Below, one piece after another: positions 56,789 to 64,000 of a stretch of DNA of 64,000 nt (positions within the stretch are counted from its first letter, which is position 1; each line of letters opens with the position of its first letter). Below the pieces are notes generated by a model. The model ran no database searches and was not told the origin of the DNA. It saw only the letters and a program-made list of their open reading frames with translations. This stretch comes from Candidatus Avispirillum sp. (GTDB lineage: Bacteria > Bacillota > Clostridia > Oscillospirales > CAG-272). The stretch lies in assembly GCA_045656825.1 (NCBI GenBank), contig JAZORY010000001.1:2819-66818 (forward strand), read 5' to 3'. Position numbers and translations under genes: made by a program.

Positions 56789-59014
56789 ATGAGCGTATAT
56801 ATTAAGGGAAATGCAAGATTCACCGTTATTTCCGATGGAGTTATCCGTATCGAATATGCTGAGGGTGGAGCCTTTGTTGATGGGGAAACTCTCTTTGCAA
56901 AGCGCGGAATGTTTTGGGAGGCGGAGGCCTTTGACGGAGAAGCATTTGTTATTCAAACCGAAAATATAACACTTTATTATGAGGGTGGGGAGTTTACTCC
57001 CGAAACGCTTTATGCGGATATTCACGCCGAGGATGTGGAGACTCGCTGGCATTACGGGGATGAAAACAAGGAAAACCTTGGGGGGACTCTGTCAACTCTT
57101 GATGGAGTTTGCGGCGAGGTGCCCCTTCCCGACGGTCTTTTGTCCCGCGACGGTTGGTATGTTATAGACGATTCAGCCACGCCTGTTTTCACTGATAATT
57201 GGATCGAAAACAGAGATGAAGCCCATAAGGTTGATATATATCTTTTTGCCTATGGCAGAAATTATCGTATGGCGCTTACAGACCTTGCGGCTGTGTCGGG
57301 CAGATTTGAATTGCCCCGCAAATATTTCTTCGGATCATGGTATTCACGCTGGTGGCCTTACACTGCAAAGGACTTTCTTTCTATTGCAGATGAGTATGAC
57401 GAAAACGATTTTCCTCTTGATATTCTTGTTATGGATATGGATTGGCATTATCAGGATTGGGGACGTGAGGAGGGTGAGCCTCAGTATCAGTATGGCTACG
57501 GACACGCGGGTGCAAATCTTGGATGGACGGGCTATAACTGGAATCTTCGTCTTGTTCCCGATCCAGAGGGAACGATCAAGGCGTTGAACGATCGCGGAAT
57601 AGCTGTTACGTTGAACGATCATCCTGCTGATGGCGTTCGTGATACCGATCACGTATACGGCAGATTTATAGAAAAGCTTCACAAAGAAGGATATAAGGAA
57701 TCTGTTCCTGATATAGAGGATAAAATAAACGACCGTGAGCGTGCTCACGTTGAAAAGGGTATTGAAAATTATCGCTTCAATGCAGGCAGTAAGACCTATA
57801 TGGACGCATTTTTTGATGCAACAAATGCTGAAATGGAGAATAGGGGAGCAGCTTTCCGTTGGCTTGACTGGCAGCAGGATTATCTCTATCCAACGGTTAA
57901 CGGGTTGAATAATCTGACTCACCTCAAGTGGCTCAATCATCTTTATTATGAAAATTCAAAGCGTGGCGGGATGAGAGGGCAGAGCTTTTCCCGTTGGGGA
58001 GGCTTTGGCGATCATAAGCATCCATCGTATTTTTCAGGAGATGCGGTGTCCGACTGGGCAACTCTGGCTTTTGAAATACAGATGACGGTAACGGCAGGTA
58101 ATGCAGGCTGCTTCTGGTGGAGCCATGATATAGGCGGATTTGTGGATCCCGTTCCCGGTGGGCAATCCGAGCTTTATGCAAGATGGGTTCAGTTTGGCTC
58201 GTTCAGCCCTGCGCTCCGTCTTCATATGAATGGTGTGGAGGGATTTGACCGCCGCCCGTGGACCTGGGGAGAGCCTTATTGCGACCTTATGCGAGATGCC
58301 TTCCATTTGAGAAGCACTTTTATGCCATATATTTATTCTTCTGCCGTTGAAAGCTCTCTTATGTCTATCCCGCTTCTTCGTGCTCTTTATATTGACGAGC
58401 CATATGAAGAGGAGGCGTACAAGCATCCGACAACCTATCTTTTCGGCGAGGGAATGGTGGTTTCGCCCGTTTGCAAGCCTCTTTCGGAAACCGGAACGGT
58501 TGAGAGTCAGGTATACTTGCCTGAGGGTATATGGTACAATTATTTCACGGGTGAGAGATATGAAAGCGGACTTCATACAGTGGAAAACACGCTTGAAACC
58601 TTTCCTCTCTTTATCCGTGCAGGCTATCCCGTTGCAACGCAGCCGTATACTAAGAGAATGACAAGCGAAAGCCTTAAGGCCCCCGCTTTTGTTATATATG
58701 CAGGGGATTCGGGCGCTTCTATGCTTTACGAGGACGATGGCATAAGCGATATGGATAAAAATCTTTGCCGTACAACAAGTGTAAGCTATGATGAGGATGC
58801 GGGAATGATCACCCTTTGCCCTTCAAATGCAGGATATTTTGACGGAAATGATGCGCGAAATATAGCCTTTGAGATCAGAGGCGGATGCTATGAGCGCGCT
58901 GAGTGTGAGAGCCATAAAATATCCTTTGAAAAGTCTGAGGATATTATAAAGATAACGGTTTATGAGGTTTCCTGCCTTGAGGCCTACGAAATGATTGAGA
59001 TAAAGCTGAAATGA
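56789..59014 (+). CDS. Glycoside hydrolase family 31 (alpha-glucosidase/alpha-xylosidase-like)
   Basis: 741 aa. GH31-type WLDWQQD nucleophile region and WSHDIGGF acid/base region. Confidence 0.82.
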   Translation: MSVYIKGNARFTVISDGVIRIEYAEGGAFVDGETLFAKRGMFWEAEAFDGEAFVIQTENITLYYEGGEFTPETLYADIHAEDVETRWHYGDENKENLGGTLSTLDGVCGEVPLPDGLLSRDGWYVIDDSATPVFTDNWIENRDEAHKVDIYLFAYGRNYRMALTDLAAVSGRFELPRKYFFGSWYSRWWPYTAKDFLSIADEYDENDFPLDILVMDMDWHYQDWGREEGEPQYQYGYGHAGANLGWTGYNWNLRLVPDPEGTIKALNDRGIAVTLNDHPADGVRDTDHVYGRFIEKLHKEGYKESVPDIEDKINDRERAHVEKGIENYRFNAGSKTYMDAFFDATNAEMENRGAAFRWLDWQQDYLYPTVNGLNNLTHLKWLNHLYYENSKRGGMRGQSFSRWGGFGDHKHPSYFSGDAVSDWATLAFEIQMTVTAGNAGCFWWSHDIGGFVDPVPGGQSELYARWVQFGSFSPALRLHMNGVEGFDRRPWTWGEPYCDLMRDAFHLRSTFMPYIYSSAVESSLMSIPLLRALYIDEPYEEEAYKHPTTYLFGEGMVVSPVCKPLSETGTVESQVYLPEGIWYNYFTGERYESGLHTVENTLETFPLFIRAGYPVATQPYTKRMTSESLKAPAFVIYAGDSGASMLYEDDGISDMDKNLCRTTSVSYDEDAGMITLCPSNAGYFDGNDARNIAFEIRGGCYERAECESHKISFEKSEDIIKITVYEVSCLEAYEMIEIKLK

Positions 59015-59685
59015 GATATGAAAAAATACTAAAAGCAAAGTTTATTTCCCGCCCAAACCGTTTCATCGCTTATTGTGAGCTTGAGGGCGAGGAGGTTGTT
59101 TGCCACGTCAAAAATACTGGAAGGTGTAAGGAATTGCTTATACCTGATGCAACGGTTATATTAACTGACGAAAGGGAAAACAAAACGAGAAAAACGCCCT
59201 TTGACCTGATATCAGTTTACAAGGGAGAGCGACTTATAAATATGGATTCTCAGGCACCGAACAAGGTGGCAGAGGAGCTGATGAGGCGCTTGTATCCTGA
59301 GGCGAAAATACGCCGAGAGGTAACCTACGGTCAATCACGAATAGACCTTTATATTGAAAACGGAGAGGAAAAGATATTCGTTGAGGTCAAGGGGGTAACT
59401 CTTGAGGTTGACGGAGTGGCAAAATTTCCCGACGCTCCTACGGAGAGGGGGATAAAGCATCTTCGGGAGCTTGAAAGAGCTGTTTCCGAGGGATATAGGG
59501 CAATAGTGCTCTTTGTCATTCAGATGAAGGGGATCGAATATTTCGTGCCCAACTGGGATACTCATCCTCAGTTTGCAGATGCACTATCGGAGGTCAGCAA
59601 AAACGGAGTAGAGGTTTGGGCGTACGACTGTCAGGTGCAGGAGGGCGTTGTAATTGCAGATGAGCGAGTTGAGGTCAGAATCTGA
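59011..59685 (+). CDS. sfsA: Sugar fermentation stimulation protein SfsA
   Basis: 224 aa. F..R.NRF...C N-terminus and EVK...L PD-(D/E)xK-like core. It overlaps the GH31 stop by 4 nt. Confidence 0.88.
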   Translation: MRYEKILKAKFISRPNRFIAYCELEGEEVVCHVKNTGRCKELLIPDATVILTDERENKTRKTPFDLISVYKGERLINMDSQAPNKVAEELMRRLYPEAKIRREVTYGQSRIDLYIENGEEKIFVEVKGVTLEVDGVAKFPDAPTERGIKHLRELERAVSEGYRAIVLFVIQMKGIEYFVPNWDTHPQFADALSEVSKNGVEVWAYDCQVQEGVVIADERVEVRI

Positions 59686-59763
59686 ATGATTTTTCAACGG
59701 AAAGTTTTTGTTAAAAATCAACAAACTTGAAAAAATACCCAAAAAGGACTTGACAAGTCGCAT

Positions 59764-59896
59764 AGTTTTCCACAACCTGTGGAAAACTATGTTGAAAACT
59801 CAAAAAGCCTTTGAAATCAAGGGTTTTGGAATAACCTATCGATTTGGTGGATTGTGGAAAACTTTTTGACGGGTAATATTGTTAAAAAGTGGAAAA
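59764..59896. promoter_or_regulatory. Cluster of DnaA-box-like 9-mers
   Basis: The 9-mers are TTTTCCACA (59766-59774), TGTGGAAAA (59778-59786), TGTGGAAAA (59853-59861) and AGTGGAAAA (59888-59896). The first two form the perfect palindrome AGTTTTCCACA-ACC-TGTGGAAAACT. The first three fit TTWTNCACA; the fourth has one mismatch. Confidence 0.55.
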
Positions 59897-59925
59897 TAGC
59901 AATATGTAGAATTTCTGCTAATTAA

Positions 59926-59959
59926 CGAAAAAGCACTTGACAAATCAAGTGCTTTTTCG
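59926..59959. terminator. Bidirectional terminator-like stem-loop, 1 of 3
   Basis: CGAAAAAGCACTTGA-CAAA-TCAAGTGCTTTTTCG. This is a perfect 15-bp stem with A5/T5 flanks. Confidence 0.6.
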
Positions 59960-59962
59960 CAG

Positions 59963-60003
59963 AAAAAAGGGCCTTTCCCGGCGTGGTCAAAAGGTCCTTT
60001 TTT
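59963..60003. terminator. Bidirectional terminator-like stem-loop, 2 of 3
   Basis: AAAAAAGGGCCTTT-13-nt loop-AAAGGTCCTTTTTT, with one G-U pair. Confidence 0.55.
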
Positions 60004-60008
60004 GCATC

Positions 60009-60027
60009 AAGCGGCGTTTTGCCGCTT
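60009..60027 (+). other. Short GC stem-loop, 3 of 3
   Basis: AAGCGGC-GTTTT-GCCGCTT. Confidence 0.5.
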
Positions 60028-60167
60028 AATTTGAGTATATGCGAAAAGGTGTTAAATAATTCAGTCGAAATTACGAACATTGTGTAAATTAACCAAATTC
60101 AAAAAGAATTTCACTTATTTTCACACATAATTCACAAATAAACAGTATGATGATAGTGTAGAAAGGA

Positions 60168-60353
60168 GTGATAAAAAAGGTGAGCGAAAAGCTTATCAAC
60201 AGCATTGTTCTCAGTCGCATTAAGAAGGCTGAGGATGATGGCGACGTTGAGATGCTCAGAGAGCATTTGAAAAGCAATTACGACGTTGAGGTGCACCGTG
60301 CGGTGTACGAGGCATTTATGAGAATGGGAATAATAACCGCAGAAAATAATTAG
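60168..60353 (+). CDS. Hypothetical small protein (57-61 aa)
   Basis: AAAGGAG abuts the GTG at 60168. An in-frame GTG at 60180 is an alternative start. The product is predicted helical and charged. A strong terminator follows. No family was recognised. Confidence 0.4.
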   Translation: MIKKVSEKLINSIVLSRIKKAEDDGDVEMLREHLKSNYDVEVHRAVYEAFMRMGIITAENN

Positions 60354-60371
60354 ATTTTTGAATAAATATAT

Positions 60372-60404
60372 AAAAAACGGACGGCCCGATGGGTCGTCCG
60401 TTTT
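60372..60404. terminator. Bidirectional intrinsic terminator between the small ORF and the HAD gene
   Basis: AAAACGGACGGCCC-GAT-GGGTCGTCCGTTTT. Confidence 0.85.
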
Positions 60405-60407
60405 GCT

Positions 60408-61052
60408 TTATTTTAAGATTTCAACAAGGTCGCTGGCAGTTTCGCAGATATAATCTGCTCCTGCCTCGGAAAGCTCTTCTCTTGAGCCGTAGCCCCAGAG
60501 AACGCCGATGGAGCGCATATTTGATTTTTTTGCACCAATAATATCGTGGAGTCTGTCACCTATCATAATGCATTTTTCTCGATCCGTGATGCCAAGAGAT
60601 GCAAGGGCGTATTCTATAACCTCGGTTTTAGCGATACGCTGTCCGTTCAGCTCGCTTCCTGCCATATAGTCGAAATATTTTGCAATATCAAAATGCTCTG
60701 CTATTCTTCGGGCATATATTTCGGGCTTTGATGTTGCCATAATAACGGTTTTTCCGCTGTCCTTCAGTGCTTTTAGCAGCTGAGGGATCCCGTCGTAAAC
60801 CTCGTTTTCAAAGAGGCCCTTCACTCCGAAGTGCTCACGGTAATATTCAACGGCTTTTTTAGCCTCATCCTCTGTGAAGCTGAAATATTTCATAAAGGAT
60901 TCAACTAAGGGAGGACCGATAAATGAGCGAAGCTCGTTTTTGTCATCCACCTTGACGTTGTATCGGCTGAGCGCGTGAACAACGGAATTTGTGATGCCCT
61001 CGAAGGGATCGGTCAGAGTTCCGTCAAGGTCAAATAAGATATGCTGAAACAT
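60408..61052 (-). CDS. HAD-IA family hydrolase (phosphoglycolate phosphatase/5'-nucleotidase-like)
   Basis: FDLDGTL motif I, T/S motif II, and GDRLHD motif IV. Confidence 0.85.
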   Translation of the reverse strand: MFQHILFDLDGTLTDPFEGITNSVVHALSRYNVKVDDKNELRSFIGPPLVESFMKYFSFTEDEAKKAVEYYREHFGVKGLFENEVYDGIPQLLKALKDSGKTVIMATSKPEIYARRIAEHFDIAKYFDYMAGSELNGQRIAKTEVIEYALASLGITDREKCIMIGDRLHDIIGAKKSNMRSIGVLWGYGSREELSEAGADYICETASDLVEILK

Positions 61053-61054
61053 TT

Positions 61055-62359
61055 TTATTTACCGGAAATTGTGATGCCGTCAAAAGCAGCGTAGGGAACA
61101 ACTGAAATTCCGTCTGCAACAGCCTCGCTTGAAATATCAACAAGGCTGCAAAGCATTGTTGCAAGATTTCCGCTGATCATAGTTTCGCTAGCCGCGCCCT
61201 TGATCTCGCCGTTTTCAATAAGGAAGCTGTTTTTAGCAACACCTGAGAAATCTCCGTTGATTCCGGGAGCGCCGCCGGAGAATCTTCCAACGAGAATACC
61301 GCGGTCAATGCCCTTGATGATCTCGCTAACAGACTTTTCGCCTGTCTTGATGATCATATTGCCTGACGTGTTCTTAGCGCGGGGAAGACCTGTTTTTCTT
61401 GAAATATAGTAGCTTGCGAAGAAGCTTTCAAGCTTGCCGTCGCGAATAAAGTCGAAGTCCTCGGAAATGAAGCCCTCGCCCGTGTAGTTTTCGCCGCAGC
61501 AGATCTTGTCAGATTTGGGGCAGAAGGAAATTGTGAGTCGGGGGTCGGCAACCTGCTCTCCAAGCTTGTCCTTCCAGATGGACGTGCCGTCAAGAAGAGT
61601 TGTGTCGGATGCGAAGTTTTCTGCGATGGAGTCGATGAATTCTGTGAAGCATCCGGGAGAGAGAAGCATTGTGCCTGTATATTTGCCCTCGCAGGGGATT
61701 GTTTTGATCTGCTTTTCCGTATCAGCAAGGTCCTGCGCGATGGAGCCCAGCTCTATAAAGGGACGATCGAGGTTGTCTGTGATAACACCGCTTGAGAAGA
61801 AGGAGGAGGAAACCTCGCCCTCGTGGCCGGAGAACATAAGAGAAACGGAATAGTATCCGCTTTTGGACTGGAAAACAGAGCCGTTTGAGTTTCTGTAAAC
61901 GGAGTGGTTTTTGTTGTGAGTAACGATCATCTGCTCCATAACGATGAGGGGATAGTTATTGTTGATCGCTTCAAGAAGCTCCTTTGTGCGATCAAAAAGC
62001 TTATCCATATCGGGAGTGAGTGCGCCGTGCTCAAAGTTCTTTTCGCCCTGATTGTCAGCGATTCCCCAGCTTTCGTCAGCCTCGGAGGATTCAGCTGCTG
62101 CAAGGCAGCTAGCAACCGTTGCCGAAACAGCGTCGTCTTCAAAGCTGTTTGAGCCGACGGAGCCTTTTTTGCCGTCCTTAATAGCCGTCATGGAAAGTCC
62201 GTTATCAAAGAGTGTGCGGAGGAGGCTGAATTCGCCGCCATCAACGTTAAATTCAAGAGTTTCGCTTGTTCTCGCTGTGCAGTAGGCGATCTCAGCTCCG
62301 CCGTTTTTCAGCTGAGAGAGAACGCTTTCGGTTATATTATAAAGCTTTTCTGTATTCAT
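61055..62359 (-). CDS. pmbA: TldE/PmbA-family metalloprotease subunit
   Basis: TldD/PmbA fold paralog directly downstream of tldD. I set the start at the ATG at 62359 after GGAGAAATC. The track ORF extends to 62407. Confidence 0.82.
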   Translation of the reverse strand: MNTEKLYNITESVLSQLKNGGAEIAYCTARTSETLEFNVDGGEFSLLRTLFDNGLSMTAIKDGKKGSVGSNSFEDDAVSATVASCLAAAESSEADESWGIADNQGEKNFEHGALTPDMDKLFDRTKELLEAINNNYPLIVMEQMIVTHNKNHSVYRNSNGSVFQSKSGYYSVSLMFSGHEGEVSSSFFSSGVITDNLDRPFIELGSIAQDLADTEKQIKTIPCEGKYTGTMLLSPGCFTEFIDSIAENFASDTTLLDGTSIWKDKLGEQVADPRLTISFCPKSDKICCGENYTGEGFISEDFDFIRDGKLESFFASYYISRKTGLPRAKNTSGNMIIKTGEKSVSEIIKGIDRGILVGRFSGGAPGINGDFSGVAKNSFLIENGEIKGAASETMISGNLATMLCSLVDISSEAVADGISVVPYAAFDGITISGK

Positions 62360-62379
62360 TTTGATTTCTCCTTTTCCCT

Positions 62380-63765
62380 TTATCTTCCGCCGATAGTAAC
62401 CTTGCATTTAACAGCAGGTCCGCCAAGGCCAACGGGCATGGGCTGCTTCTTGCCGCAGAAGCCGGAGGAAGCCCAAGTCATTGTATCGGAGAGCATATCA
62501 ACGGTTTTGAGCATTTCAAATGCAACGCCTGAAATAGTTGTGTCCAGAAGAGCGCGGCCAAGCTTACCGTTTTTGATCTCGTAGCCCATGCAGATACCGA
62601 ACATGAATTCGCCTGTTGTGTCTGCCTGACCGTTGTTTGTGTCAACGAAATAGTATCCGTCGTCGATTGATGCGATCATATCCTCAAGCTTGGATGTGCC
62701 GGGGAGGATAGCTGTGTTTCTCATTCTGATAAGGGGCTCGTCGGAGAAGGAATAAGCTCTTGCATTTCCTGTGGGCTTCATACCGAAGCGTTCAGCTGTT
62801 TCGCGGTTATTCATATATCCTGTGAGGATACCGTTTGTGATAAGGGGAGCATCAATTGCCTCAACGCCCTCGTCGTCAATATAAACGGGAAGGGGAACGC
62901 TTTCGCCGTTGAACGTGTGAGCGAAGTCAACCATAGAAACGATGGGGCTTGCAAACTCGCGGCCGAGATTGTGAGCTGCAACGCTTCCGCCGATAACAAG
63001 GTCTGCTTCAACTGTGTGTCCAACTGCCTCGTGAGCAAGCATGCCTGCAAGGTCGCCGCTGAGGATACATGTTTTAACGCCTGCTTCGGGATAAACGCCC
63101 TCCTGCTTTGCGCGGATCTTTTCGTACATTGTGTCGATCTCGCCGTAGAGCTCATCGGGGGTTGTGAAAACGTTATCAAACGTGCCAAAGCCTCCGAAGG
63201 GCTTGAAAAGCTCAACGGGAGTGCCGTCAGCTGTTTCGCCTGTCATAATAACGTAAACGTAGGAACGGGGGATGGACGTGAATCCGTCAAATCCGTCAGA
63301 TGTTGCCAGAATTTTTTCCATAGAGTCGGCACGAACGGCAACTCTTCTGCCCTTAAGGTCGGGATATTTAGTTGCGATGTAGTTGTCAACTTCCTTTGCA
63401 TATTCGATATATCTCTTCTGCTCGGGAGTTTCTGTGCTTGTATATTTTTCGATTCTGCCTCCGTTGATTGCGGGGAACATTTTAGCTGCCTTATTAACTC
63501 TGCTGTCCATAAAAACGGCGTTATCTGTTGCAGCCTTAAGAACTGCTCTTGCGGCATCCTCTGTACATTCAGCCATAGAGGAGAAGCCATAAACTCCGTT
63601 TTTGAAAACTCTTGCAGAAACGCCTGCAACCTCGCTTGACGTGTTGCCCGTGAGATTTCCTGAAATAATAGTAACTCCGCGGCTCTTATTGATCTGGGTT
63701 CTCAGCTCTGTGTGAACACCTGCCGCAAAAAGTGATTTATTGGGTGTGATAATATCCTTAATCAA
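62380..63765 (-). CDS. tldD: TldD-family metalloprotease
   Basis: 461 aa. HEAVGH zinc motif (LAHEAVGHTVE). TTG start. Confidence 0.88.
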   Translation of the reverse strand: MIKDIITPNKSLFAAGVHTELRTQINKSRGVTIISGNLTGNTSSEVAGVSARVFKNGVYGFSSMAECTEDAARAVLKAATDNAVFMDSRVNKAAKMFPAINGGRIEKYTSTETPEQKRYIEYAKEVDNYIATKYPDLKGRRVAVRADSMEKILATSDGFDGFTSIPRSYVYVIMTGETADGTPVELFKPFGGFGTFDNVFTTPDELYGEIDTMYEKIRAKQEGVYPEAGVKTCILSGDLAGMLAHEAVGHTVEADLVIGGSVAAHNLGREFASPIVSMVDFAHTFNGESVPLPVYIDDEGVEAIDAPLITNGILTGYMNNRETAERFGMKPTGNARAYSFSDEPLIRMRNTAILPGTSKLEDMIASIDDGYYFVDTNNGQADTTGEFMFGICMGYEIKNGKLGRALLDTTISGVAFEMLKTVDMLSDTMTWASSGFCGKKQPMPVGLGGPAVKCKVTIGGR

Positions 63766-63796
63766 TTTTTAAGTCCTCCCTTTTGTATGTGGCTGT

Positions 63797-64000
63797 TTAT
63801 TTTAAGTGGTTTATAACCTTTGTAACGTCGCCTGCGCCCGTGATAAGAAGCATATCTCCCTTGCCTGAAACGCTGTTGAGGTAGTCTGCAATATCCTCGA
63901 AGCTTTCGATATATCGGCAAGGAGCTCCCAGCTCATTGATTGCGCGGCAGAGATCCTCGCTTGAAACGTTATAGGTGTTTGTTTCTCTTGCAGAATAAAT
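63797..64000 (-). CDS. murC: UDP-N-acetylmuramate--L-alanine ligase, C-terminal fragment (truncated by the window edge)
   Basis: My own translation of the minus strand gives IYSARETNTYNVSSEDL...GDMLLITGAGDVTKVINHLK*, with the stop at 63797-63799. This is a Mur-ligase C-terminal pattern. It is not in the ORF track because no start lies in the window. Confidence 0.6.
   Translation of the reverse strand: MYSARETNTYNVSSEDLCRAINELGAPCRYIESFEDIADYLNSVSGKGDMLLITGAGDVTKVINHLK

Noticed and set aside
59686-60167. Interpreting the DnaA-box gap as the chromosomal origin oriC.
   Set aside because: No dnaA or dnaN gene is adjacent. There are only 4 good boxes. I could find no convincing DnaA-trio or unwinding element next to the boxes. 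The region is dominated by terminator-like hairpins. I kept it as a non-oriC DnaA cluster hypothesis, to be settled by whole-genome context.
1-64000. Search for CRISPR arrays, tRNA/rRNA genes, transposases, integrases, prophage or defence modules.
   Set aside because: I inspected every intergenic gap longer than about 90 bp. I saw no repeat-spacer arrays, no tRNA-like T-arm (GGTTCGAATCC-type) motifs, and no mobile-element or defence-type protein signatures in the translations.

Overview
This window reads as conserved chromosomal core from a Bacillota genome, probably class Clostridia. The evidence is a GlgD-containing glgBCDAP cluster, a rimP-nusA-ylxR-ylxQ-infB operon, mreBCD plus PBP2, and soj/spo0J.

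I call 58 protein-coding genes, one of them truncated at the right edge. They cover:
- Glycolysis: pfkA.
- Carbohydrate-active enzymes: GH2, GH13 and GH31.
- A full glycogen operon.
- An ABC importer with duplicated binding proteins.
- parAB, serS, and cysE/cysS.
- The nusA/infB operon.
- A cell-shape and division block: zapA, U32 peptidase, dut, maf, mreBCD, PBP2, nth, DUF1385 and prmC.
- proBA, sfsA, and tldD/pmbA.

I saw no rRNA, tRNA, CRISPR array, transposase, integrase or recognisable defence or toxin module. I cannot honestly point to a new multi-gene system.

The features that the gene calls do not explain are non-coding:
1. A 252-bp nested palindrome with perfect 25-bp terminal inverted repeats. 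It fills the gap between two convergent genes (8316-8567).
2. A gene-free 482-bp gap (59686-60167). It holds a cluster of DnaA-box-like 9-mers including a perfect palindromic pair, three back-to-back stem-loops, and helically phased TTCAC repeats in front of a 61-aa ORF.
3. An intrinsic terminator inside the rimP-nusA leader.

Secondary oddities:
- A codon-optimised esterase/esterase/ATP-grasp trio of unknown function.
- A CPBP protease and Zn-ribbon genes woven into cysE-cysS with no T-box.
- A strong genome-wide avoidance of TTA/CTA/TCA codons, which creates very long codon-aligned antisense shadow ORFs.

All functional calls come from reading motifs in the supplied translations. No database search was run.
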